Of a stretch of DNA of 21,760 bases, positions 9,569 through 17,305 are shown piece by piece. The stretch is from Campylobacterota bacterium. GTDB lineage: Bacteria; Campylobacterota; Campylobacteria; Campylobacterales; Sulfurimonadaceae. The position numbers and the translations under genes were made by a program. The stretch is taken from assembly GCA_034717975.1 (NCBI GenBank), contig JAYEMF010000026.1:1-21760 (forward strand), written 5' to 3'. Each line of letters starts with the position of its first letter. The first letter of the stretch is position 1. The notes under the pieces are model-generated. The model did not search any database and had not been told where the DNA came from. It saw nothing but the letters and a program-made list of their open reading frames with translations.

Positions 9569-9943
9569 ATGAGTAAACAATTAAAAGTATTAGCAGTCGA
9601 TGATGATATGATCAACCTGAAACTACTTAAATCCATGTTGATGAAAGCTCAAGATGTCGAAGAGGTTGTTGAAGCTAAGAATGGTGCGGATGCTATCGAT
9701 ATTTTAAAAGTCCGAACCGATATAGATGTGATCCTTCTAGATATCATTATGCCGGTAATGGGTGGTATTGAAATGCTAAAAGTCGTCCGTGCAGATGAAA
9801 ATCTCAACCAGCTGCCTATCATTGTACTTACTACCGATGAAACTAAAAAAAGCGAAGCACTTGAAGCCGGTGCGAATGGTTTCTTGATGAAACCGGTTCG
9901 TCAAAATGAAGTTATTGCAAAAATAGAGCAGCTGTTAGTTTAA
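9569..9943 (+). CDS. Single-domain (CheY-like) response regulator
   Basis: VDDD, LLDIIMP (Asp58), LTT, MKP; no output domain; AAAGGG RBS. Confidence 0.93.
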   Translation: MSKQLKVLAVDDDMINLKLLKSMLMKAQDVEEVVEAKNGADAIDILKVRTDIDVILLDIIMPVMGGIEMLKVVRADENLNQLPIIVLTTDETKKSEALEAGANGFLMKPVRQNEVIAKIEQLLV

Positions 9944-9975
9944 TCAAGAGACCGTAAGAACTAAATCCATTTGCG

Positions 9976-9981
9976 TATACT
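9976..9981 (+). promoter_or_regulatory. Putative sigma70 -10 box (TATACT) firing into the intergenic region
   Basis: tgcgTATACT preceded by an AT-rich taagaactaaat tract, similar to the site upstream of the M23 gene. Confidence 0.4.
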
Positions 9982-9987
9982 TCTTGA

Positions 9988-10225
9988 TACTAGAAAAACT
10001 GAATTTGTTCTAGCAGATAAAAGATACACATTCTGTACCTCGAACATTCTATACTTTGAAATGGTATAGAATACACGGTGGTGCACATGTACAGTCACAC
10101 TAAAAAATCCTCAAAACAGATCAATCATAATCAAATATTATACAAACAGTGTTCACAACTGTCACTATAAGCGCTTACAGGGCGCAATGGAGTTTCTGCC
10201 ACTAATGGCAATAGCACTGTTGCTA
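9988..10225. ncRNA. Candidate structured non-coding RNA or antisense locus (family not recognised)
   Basis: Six inverted repeats in 240 bp, including a long imperfect hairpin at 10028-10090 with a perfect 9-bp core (ATTCTATAC/GTATAGAAT); convergent -10-like boxes. Confidence 0.35.
10137..10142 (-). promoter_or_regulatory. Putative -10 box (TATAAT) on the minus strand
   Basis: Minus strand reads gtttgTATAATatttg, followed about 25 nt downstream by GAGGA (10112-10108) and a GTG at 10098. Confidence 0.45.
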
Positions 10226-11572
10226 AAGCATAATGAGCTGGGCAAGTCCCAAAAAGGTGAAAAAGCCAAAAACATCTGTCGCTGTTGTAAGCAGTACGGT
10301 AGATCCGATCGCCGGGTCAATATCCATCCGTTTAAGCATCAATGGAATGGCTGAACCAAAAAAACCGGCTACCAGCATATTGATGATCATTGCCATCGCG
10401 ATCACCAGGCCAAGCAGCGGCATCGAAAACCATACAAAGGCGATTATTCCCATCAACAGGGCAAAAACCAGACCATTTAGCAGACTGACTGTAATCTCTT
10501 TAAACAGTGCCTGCCTGGAGTTATCATAATCTATTTCACCCAGTGCCATCTTACGCACCATTACCGTCAACGTCTGTGTTCCGGCATTCCCACCCATCGA
10601 AGCGACAATCGGCATCAGGATTGCCAAAGGGATAAATGCGGCCAGAGTCTCATCGAACATCGCGATGACAGCTGAAGCCGCAATAGCCGTGATCAGATTC
10701 AGAAAAAGCCAGTAGGAACGCTTTTTAAAAACACCCATAAGCTCCTCTTCCAGCTCCGCTTCATCATCAACCCCGGCAAGGTTATAGATCTGCTCAGTCG
10801 CACGCTCTTCGATAACATCATAAATATCATCTGAGGTGATCCGACCGACCAGTTTTCCCTGCCAGTCCACCACCGGGAGGACTGAAAGGTCATACTGCTC
10901 AAACATCGTTGCAACCTCTTCAATATCGGTTGCCGCTTCCACAGAACGGAACTCTTTACTTTCGATAAGTTCGCGATAGCTCCTGCTGAAATCATAAAGG
11001 ATCAGATCTTCCAGGGGAATCGCCGTGATCAGACGACGATGATCATTGACAATAAACGCCTGATGAACATTTTCCAGTTCACCCTCTTCTTTCAATCGCT
11101 TAAGCCGGTCAACGGATTGTTGTACCGTCTCATCCAAAGAGGCGTCAAAGAGCTCAGTCTGCATCCAGGCCCCGGCCTGATTCTCTTCATAACGGCGAAG
11201 TTTGTCGATATCTTCACGATCTTCTACATCAAGTTGTGCAATAACCTCTTCACTCTTGCTCTCATCAAAGTCATCGATGTCATTGACAAGGTCGGTCGCA
11301 TCATCTGATTCCAGGCCTTCAAGGGCCTGTGCAAGCTCTTTTGATGAGAGGTATTCAATCGCCTCATCCCTACGCTTTTCAGAAAGCTCCAGAAGAACAT
11401 CTCCCAAAATATCCTGCGGAATCTTCTGAATAGTCTCAAGGAAGGTCTCTTTACCCTCTTTTTTATAAACCTTTTTTAGGAGATAGGCGATCTCAAAAGG
11501 GTGAAGCGAATGCGCTTCGCTGTCCTCTAAAAAGAGTTCAAAGGCGTGCTGTATATCATTGTAGTGTTTCAT
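10223..11572 (-). CDS. mgtE: Magnesium transporter MgtE
   Basis: Acidic N-domain, CBS pair (AGAWMQ...LPVVD..GKLVGRITSDD), TM domain with MPIVASMGGNAGTQ and DPAIGS..LLTTATD. Confidence 0.96.
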   Translation of the reverse strand: MKHYNDIQHAFELFLEDSEAHSLHPFEIAYLLKKVYKKEGKETFLETIQKIPQDILGDVLLELSEKRRDEAIEYLSSKELAQALEGLESDDATDLVNDIDDFDESKSEEVIAQLDVEDREDIDKLRRYEENQAGAWMQTELFDASLDETVQQSVDRLKRLKEEGELENVHQAFIVNDHRRLITAIPLEDLILYDFSRSYRELIESKEFRSVEAATDIEEVATMFEQYDLSVLPVVDWQGKLVGRITSDDIYDVIEERATEQIYNLAGVDDEAELEEELMGVFKKRSYWLFLNLITAIAASAVIAMFDETLAAFIPLAILMPIVASMGGNAGTQTLTVMVRKMALGEIDYDNSRQALFKEITVSLLNGLVFALLMGIIAFVWFSMPLLGLVIAMAMIINMLVAGFFGSAIPLMLKRMDIDPAIGSTVLLTTATDVFGFFTFLGLAQLIML

Positions 11573-12782
11573 CCAGAACCTCTTCTTGGTAGGCTATCTG
11601 CTTGCAGGTGTCAGGATCGACATAGCAGGCAGCTTCGTACGCCTTGATCTGTTCAGGCAGACGATTGGCCGCCAGATAAAGTTCAATTTGATCATCATAA
11701 TTAGCTTGGAGCTGTTTGAAGGCTTTGAGTTTTTTGCCCTTTAACTTGTGTGTCGTGATTTGAACCACTCTGGCAGGATTGATGGCACGGCCATTTTTAT
11801 AAAGCCCGAAATGGAGATGCGGACCGGTCGACAGTCCCGTACTCCCCACATAACCGATCACCTGCCCTTTTTTGACATATTTGCCGCGCTTCATGCCCCG
11901 TCTAAATGATTTTTGATGCGCATAAAGTGTCATATAGCCATCACTGTGACGGACTTTAATCAGTTTGCCATACCCTCTGGTATAACCGGCGAAGATCACT
12001 TTACCGCTTCCCGCGGCCATGATCGGCGTGCCAGAACGTGCCGCATAATCGATCCCAAGATGGGCACGGTACTTTTTCAGGATAGGGTGATAACGACGTT
12101 TGGTAAAGACCGAACTGACACGTGCATTTCGAACCGGACGGGAAAGCAGAAAACCTTCTACCTCTTTCCCTTTTTCATCGTAATAACGGTCATTATCATT
12201 AAGGTAGACATAATGGCGTTTTTTACGCATCTCAATCATAGCAACCTGCAGTTTCGGCATCGAAAAAGGCTGCCCCAGACGATACTTCTGTTCATATACT
12301 ATGACAAGCGGATCGCCTTTTCGCAGATCACGGCGAAAATTGAGTGAGTTTTTAAAGCCGTTGACAAAAATCTGGGCAATTTTTGTCGAACCTGTCGCCT
12401 TGATGATATCATTGTATGGAGAGCTTTCAATATTTAAAACAAAAGCTTCCTGACGCGTTTCACTGATGATAGGTAACGCTTCAAACAGATAGCTATCGGC
12501 TGATTTGAAGAGATGCAGCTGCAACTCGTCACTGACCGGAATCAGCACCTGTTCGAGTGTCGCATTCTCATCTTTAAGAAGCTGATAATGGGTACCGCTG
12601 ATGATCTCTTCAGTCAGCTTTTGATCCTCTTTATCGAGATCATAATAGAGCTGTTTTTGAGGCAGGTTCAGTTTCTCAAGAAACGTCAAATAGGTTTCAC
12701 CACTCTTCCAGCGCAAGGTCTCAACAGAAGCACTGAAAAGCATCAACGGGAGTGATAAAAGCAGTACAAAACGGTACAACAC
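11556..12782 (-). CDS. csd3: Peptidoglycan DD-metalloendopeptidase, M23 family (Csd3/HdpA-like)
   Basis: RYHPIL..YRAHLGIDY (HxxxD), YAHQ, GSTGLSTGPHLHFG (HxH); Csd3-type N-domain. Start moved to the GTG at 12782 (AGGA 6 nt upstream, signal peptide follows). Confidence 0.88.
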   Translation of the reverse strand: MLYRFVLLLSLPLMLFSASVETLRWKSGETYLTFLEKLNLPQKQLYYDLDKEDQKLTEEIISGTHYQLLKDENATLEQVLIPVSDELQLHLFKSADSYLFEALPIISETRQEAFVLNIESSPYNDIIKATGSTKIAQIFVNGFKNSLNFRRDLRKGDPLVIVYEQKYRLGQPFSMPKLQVAMIEMRKKRHYVYLNDNDRYYDEKGKEVEGFLLSRPVRNARVSSVFTKRRYHPILKKYRAHLGIDYAARSGTPIMAAGSGKVIFAGYTRGYGKLIKVRHSDGYMTLYAHQKSFRRGMKRGKYVKKGQVIGYVGSTGLSTGPHLHFGLYKNGRAINPARVVQITTHKLKGKKLKAFKQLQANYDDQIELYLAANRLPEQIKAYEAACYVDPDTCKQIAYQEEVLDETLQ

Positions 12783-12801
12783 ACTATTTCCTATAAGTTG
12801 T

Positions 12802-12807
12802 AGTATA
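12802..12807 (-). promoter_or_regulatory. Putative -10 box (TATACT) of the csd3-mgtE operon
   Basis: Minus strand reads TTAAGagataacTTAAatggtgcccgTATACT, i.e. periodic TTAA tracts plus a -10, about 20 nt before the start codon. Confidence 0.55.
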
Positions 12808-12833
12808 CGGGCACCATTTAAGTTATCTCTTAA

Positions 12834-12913
12834 GCGCGGTAAACCGCGCGTGGGCTCGCGCCGAGCGAAACTTAGCGTAAGCGTAGGCAAATGGACTTTG
12901 TTCGTTTGGCGTA
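12834..12913. repeat. GC-rich three-hairpin intergenic element (REP-like repeat or small structured RNA)
   Basis: GCGCGG-TAAA-CCGCGC (12834-12849), GCTCG-CGC-CGAGC (12854-12866), CAAATGGAC-TTT-GTTCGTTTG (12888-12908); GCGTA occurs three times. Confidence 0.5.
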
Positions 12914-12959
12914 TTATTTTGAAGAGTATCGAAACTTCACTTACACAAAGGTTTCCTTC

Positions 12960-12967
12960 GATATAAT
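12960..12967 (+). promoter_or_regulatory. -10 box (gaTATAAT) of the PGBA_N-glcD-yihY operon
   Basis: gnTATAAT ending 21 nt before the TTG start, with an AAAAGG RBS in between. Confidence 0.65.
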
Positions 12968-12988
12968 CGCAGTAAAAAAGGTCTCTGA

Positions 12989-13837
12989 TTGCGCTTTTTT
13001 ACCCTCTTTTTTCTCATGCCGTTTGCACTTTTCGCCGGTTCATTTTCTGCTCCACTTTTGAGTGTTGATGGAGAGGACGCTACGGTTAAAATAAAAATGA
13101 CCAACAAAGGTGTCAGTGGCTTTGTCGTTCGGCACTTTACCAAAGATAATCATGCCATTTTAGCCAATGCGGTAGTTGCCGGTTATGACAAAGAGAGTGG
13201 TATTGCCCATCTCAAACTCTCCGAATACACCGGTCTGCGTCAAACTTCACTGCCAAGCGGAAGATGGTCACCAGAGGTTGGCGATGAAGCGGTGCTTGGT
13301 TTTGCCTATAGCCGGGCGCTGCTGATTGCACCGACTGATGAGATCTACCACTCCATTACATCGCGCATCCCTTCACTCGAGTGGACACACCCCGATATTT
13401 TCGCCACCTTCCTCTCCTACCGCGGCCACCCGACACCGTTAAAAGAGGACATTAACGACTTTTGTACCCTTAATTCTGCAGGTCTGCTCTATATCTACCT
13501 GCAAGAGAGCCTCTTTACCATGGACTGCAAAAGTCTGACGCTGTTGCAGATCACCCCGGCCCAAATGGACCGCGGTGAAGAGAAGCTGCCCTTTTACTAT
13601 CGTTTTGAGACTATCAATGCCGCATGGTTTGGTGAAGGAAGTGATCATCTTGAATCCTACGATCCTTACTATTTTCGGCTGATTGCTGAAAACAATCCAA
13701 AAAGTGTACTCTTAGTTAACTACGCCAAGAAAAACAGCATCCCGGGCCAAGAGTCTTCGTCATGGTTTGATGGTCTCTTTGATGGTTTTGACAATATTGA
13801 AGTAGGCCTCGAAGCTGAAGAAGAGGAGGAGAAGTAA
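12989..13837 (+). CDS. Exported protein with plasminogen-binding protein N-terminal (PGBA_N) domain
   Basis: Signal peptide; GVSGFVV..F..., I.ANAVV, LRQTSLP, P.VGDE, YSRALLIAP, HPD.FA.FL...P. The M23 / this gene / glcD / yihY / comEC order is what I recall from Campylobacter. Confidence 0.75.
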   Translation: MRFFTLFFLMPFALFAGSFSAPLLSVDGEDATVKIKMTNKGVSGFVVRHFTKDNHAILANAVVAGYDKESGIAHLKLSEYTGLRQTSLPSGRWSPEVGDEAVLGFAYSRALLIAPTDEIYHSITSRIPSLEWTHPDIFATFLSYRGHPTPLKEDINDFCTLNSAGLLYIYLQESLFTMDCKSLTLLQITPAQMDRGEEKLPFYYRFETINAAWFGEGSDHLESYDPYYFRLIAENNPKSVLLVNYAKKNSIPGQESSSWFDGLFDGFDNIEVGLEAEEEEEK

Positions 13838-13839
13838 GA

Positions 13840-15222
13840 ATGGATATTGAACATATTGAACATTTTAAAAAGATGGTCGGATCAGAAAACCTTTATGTAG
13901 ATAAAGCCCACCTGATCGCCTATTCGTACGATGCTACCCGTGAGCATTTTGAACCGGATGCCGTACTTTTTCCACGCCATGAAGAAGATGTGAGCAATAT
14001 TTTACAATACTGCAACGAACACCGTATCATCATCGTTCCACGCGGTGCAGGAAGCGGCTTTACCGGTGGTGCTCTGCCAAGTCAGGGCGGTATCGTCCTC
14101 GCCTTTGAAAAACATATGAACCGGATCCTTGAGATAGACATGGAAAACATGGTTGCCGTCGTACAACCTGGTGTTATCAATATGGATCTTCAGCGTGCCG
14201 TCGAAGAGGTAGGACTCTTCTATCCACCCGATCCGGCCAGCCAGGACTACTCGACCATCGGCGGTAATGTCAACGAGAATGCCGGCGGTATGCGTGCGGC
14301 CAAGTACGGTATTACCAAAGACTACGTCATGGCGATCCGTGCCGTCTTGCCAAACGGAGATGTCATCAAAGCGGGAAAACGGACCATCAAAGATGTCGCC
14401 GGTTACAATATCTCCGGAATTTTGATCGCCTCTGAAGGAACACTCGCCGTAACAACGGAAGTGACACTGAAACTGCTCTCTAAACCTAAAATGACCAAAA
14501 CAGCGATGGGGATCTTCGAGAGTGTCGGCCAGGCAATGGAAGCCGTCTATAAAACGATGGCGAGCGGTGTCACACCGGTTGCCATGGAGTTTCTGGACAA
14601 CCTTACCATCCGTGCGGTCGAAGAGACATTCAATAAAGGATTGCCGACAGAAGCCGGTGCCATTTTGGTCACCGATGTCGATGGCAACCTTGAAAGTGAC
14701 CTGGACTTTCAGCTGTCACAAATCGAAAAGGTCTTCCGTGAAAACGGCTGTTCAGACTTTAAGATCGCCAAGAATGACGCTGAAGCAGCCGATCTCTGGT
14801 TTGCCCGCCGTAACGCATCGCCTGCTCTTTCGGTCTATGGAAGCAAAAAGCTCAATGAAGATGTCACCGTACCGCGTGCCGTACTCCCTGAGCTTCTTGA
14901 GAAGTTTTACGCTATTGCAGAAAAATATCAGATCAATATCCCATGTTTCGGTCACACGGGTGATGGAAATGTCCATACCAACGTTATGGTTGACGGCTCC
15001 GACCCAGAACAGGTCAAAATTGCCTACCGGGCGATCGAAGAGGTATTCCAGGCCACAATCGACCTGGGCGGGACACTCAGCGGTGAGCATGGTATCGGCC
15101 TGGCCAAGGCACCTTACATGGGCATGGCATTTACCGACGAAGAGATGAATCTTTTCAAAGCGATCAAAAAAGCTTTTGATCCGAACAACATTCTCAACCC
15201 GGCAAAAATGGGGCTGGACTAG
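13840..15222 (+). CDS. glcD: FAD-linked 2-hydroxyacid oxidase, glycolate oxidase subunit GlcD family
   Basis: PRGAGSGFTGG, YPPDPAS, TIGGNV.ENAGG...KYG.T, GHTGDGNVH, SGEHGIG, FDPNNILNPAK. No glcE/glcF alongside, so the substrate is uncertain. Confidence 0.88.
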   Translation: MDIEHIEHFKKMVGSENLYVDKAHLIAYSYDATREHFEPDAVLFPRHEEDVSNILQYCNEHRIIIVPRGAGSGFTGGALPSQGGIVLAFEKHMNRILEIDMENMVAVVQPGVINMDLQRAVEEVGLFYPPDPASQDYSTIGGNVNENAGGMRAAKYGITKDYVMAIRAVLPNGDVIKAGKRTIKDVAGYNISGILIASEGTLAVTTEVTLKLLSKPKMTKTAMGIFESVGQAMEAVYKTMASGVTPVAMEFLDNLTIRAVEETFNKGLPTEAGAILVTDVDGNLESDLDFQLSQIEKVFRENGCSDFKIAKNDAEAADLWFARRNASPALSVYGSKKLNEDVTVPRAVLPELLEKFYAIAEKYQINIPCFGHTGDGNVHTNVMVDGSDPEQVKIAYRAIEEVFQATIDLGGTLSGEHGIGLAKAPYMGMAFTDEEMNLFKAIKKAFDPNNILNPAKMGLD

Positions 15223-15225
15223 GTC

Positions 15226-16059
15226 ATGCAATCCCGTACCCGGCATCTCGGTCGCCATCTTCTTTTTTTCATAAAAAAGCTTTTTGATGCCGAGTTGACC
15301 TATTACGCTTCGAGTCTCAGCTTCTATACGATATTTACGATCATTCCGCTGCTGCTGATCATTCTGACACTTCTAACAAATACACCAAGCTTTATCGAGT
15401 ACTACGAGACTATCAAGTCTTTTATCCTTGATAACCTCATGCCGGTGCATTCCGAAGCGGTCACCGAGTATATCGACAGTTTTTTACAGAACTCTGTCAG
15501 ACTCGGCGTCTTTGGAACCGTCATGGTCTTTGTAGCCTCAATGCTTTTTTTCGACAACTACGAATACATTGTAAGCAAGATCTTTCATATCAAACAGCGC
15601 ACTATCTGGGAATCGATCACCACCTACTGGACTCTCCTGACGCTTACGCCGATCGGTCTGGTTGCCTTTTTCTACCTGTCAGTTCAGGCATCGACCTTTT
15701 TAACCGAGCATGAAGTCTCCGGCTGGTTTAACCCCATGGCCATATTCCCCTACCTGATTATCTGGGGACTTCTCTTTGTCATCTACCTCATCTCGGCAAA
15801 CACCAAAGTCAATAAAAAAGCAGCGGCTATCACCTCGTTTGTCATTGCCCTGATCTGGAACCTGACAAAATTAGGCTTTGTCTATTATGTTTTCTACAAC
15901 AAGACCTATGCCACGCTCTACGGATCATTTTCCATCCTGATCTTCTTCTTTTTATGGATCTATGTCTCATGGATCATCTTTGTTTACGGCCTACGCTTAT
16001 GCTACCTCATAAACCGCGTGTATAAATACCGCGAACACTATGCCAAGCAGCGGGATTAA
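15226..16059 (+). CDS. YihY/BrkB family inner membrane protein
   Basis: ASSLSFYTIFTIIPLL, about six TM helices, YATLYGSF..L.FF.LWIYVSW.I..YG. Confidence 0.9.
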   Translation: MQSRTRHLGRHLLFFIKKLFDAELTYYASSLSFYTIFTIIPLLLIILTLLTNTPSFIEYYETIKSFILDNLMPVHSEAVTEYIDSFLQNSVRLGVFGTVMVFVASMLFFDNYEYIVSKIFHIKQRTIWESITTYWTLLTLTPIGLVAFFYLSVQASTFLTEHEVSGWFNPMAIFPYLIIWGLLFVIYLISANTKVNKKAAAITSFVIALIWNLTKLGFVYYVFYNKTYATLYGSFSILIFFFLWIYVSWIIFVYGLRLCYLINRVYKYREHYAKQRD

Positions 16060-17256
16060 CATCTTTTTGTAGCGTATTGCGGCAACTGCTGCAATAAACT
16101 GTATAACAACCACATACCATGCCAAAGAGAGCTTCTGAGCTGTACCGAGATTCAGTATCTGCAACAATCCTGTATCGAGCCACGCCCCGGCACCAACCAG
16201 ATGTAAAAAAAGTTCCAACGGGTAGAAGAGGATAAAGAGCATCGTCCAGATAATAGAGAGCGGATGATAGATACTGAAGGTCTCAAAGAGTGCCAATGAT
16301 ACCGGAAGCATCATCAAGTAGACCCAGATATGAATCCCTATAAACTGCCACCGCTTCTGCCAATGTGAAAAATGTTCTAAAAACAGAAGAATAAAAAAGA
16401 CCCCACTCACCGAGAGCCAAAACCCCAGGGCAAAAAATAGACGCGGCCAACAGGCGATAAGCAATATGACGGAAATCAGCAGTGTCTGTATAGATATGAC
16501 ACGCAAGCCGCGATCATAAAGAACAAACCCTACCATCATCATAGTAAAAGCACGGACCAGCGACGGTACAAAATCCAGGAAGAGCAGATAGCCAAATAGT
16601 ACGACACCTACCATAATGAACAGATCACGATTGCCATGACGGTAGGGCATGCAGCAATGCTGTACTCTTTTATAGAACGGATAAAATATCCAAAAAGCCA
16701 AAAAGCTCAGGACGCCTAAATGAAAACCGCTGATGGCCAGAAGATGACTGATTCCCAATGCTGAAAGTCGTTCACGCAACCCCTGATCCATCGGTGAAGC
16801 CACAAAAAGTGCCCCGAAAATTTCTCCGGTTACCAACGAAGCGTGAATCTGTGCGATCTCCTCCGAGAGAGTGACCCTTACGGAACGTTCAGGATAGATA
16901 CCAATGATCTTGCTATATACAAAAAAATTTTGAAGATAATCTATAAAAGTGATCCGGCCTGTTTGAATCAGCATCTCCAGACGATAGCCTTGCAGATCCC
17001 GTATAGCATTTGAACCCGTAGTGTAAAATACACCTCCTTTATCCATACGAAGTTTTAGTACCTGGTAAGCCTTCCCCTCTTTTTGCTTACTGTATTGCTG
17101 AACCACTTCTGCATCGACAATAGCATCATCGAAGAGAGTCAGCTTGGTGAAACGGTAATATTCAAAGGTTAAAGAGAAGAAGGCGATCAGAGAGGCAAAA
17201 AGAAAAAACAAAAGGAGGTCACGACCATCAAAGAGTTCCGGCCGTTCCAGTTTCAT
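15997..17256 (-). CDS. comEC: ComEC/Rec2 family competence protein (no C-terminal beta-lactamase-like domain)
   Basis: LGISHLLAISGFHLG, PSLVRAF.M, GFWLSV, many TM helices. Start moved to the ATG at 17256 (AGAGGAG RBS). Confidence 0.9.
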   Translation of the reverse strand: MKLERPELFDGRDLLLFFLFASLIAFFSLTFEYYRFTKLTLFDDAIVDAEVVQQYSKQKEGKAYQVLKLRMDKGGVFYTTGSNAIRDLQGYRLEMLIQTGRITFIDYLQNFFVYSKIIGIYPERSVRVTLSEEIAQIHASLVTGEIFGALFVASPMDQGLRERLSALGISHLLAISGFHLGVLSFLAFWIFYPFYKRVQHCCMPYRHGNRDLFIMVGVVLFGYLLFLDFVPSLVRAFTMMMVGFVLYDRGLRVISIQTLLISVILLIACWPRLFFALGFWLSVSGVFFILLFLEHFSHWQKRWQFIGIHIWVYLMMLPVSLALFETFSIYHPLSIIWTMLFILFYPLELFLHLVGAGAWLDTGLLQILNLGTAQKLSLAWYVVVIQFIAAVAAIRYKKMLIPLLGIVFAVFIHAVYEVA

Positions 17257-17305
17257 ACACTCTCCTCTTATGAAGAGCAAATAATATCACATTTTTTAGA
17301 TTATT

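Noticed and set aside
10028..10090. Retron msd-like long hairpin
   Set aside because: No reverse transcriptase in the window and no flanking a1/a2 inverted repeats identified.
12783..12890. 36-codon N-terminal extension of the M23 peptidase
   Set aside because: It crosses the promoter and the hairpin element; the RBS and signal peptide support the GTG at 12782.
12834..12913. Possible tRNA or CRISPR repeat
   Set aside because: No acceptor stem, T-loop or CCA, and no repeat-spacer periodicity.
15997..17256. comEC as a truncated pseudogene
   Set aside because: The frame is intact, and short ComEC without the lactamase-like domain is normal in this phylum.
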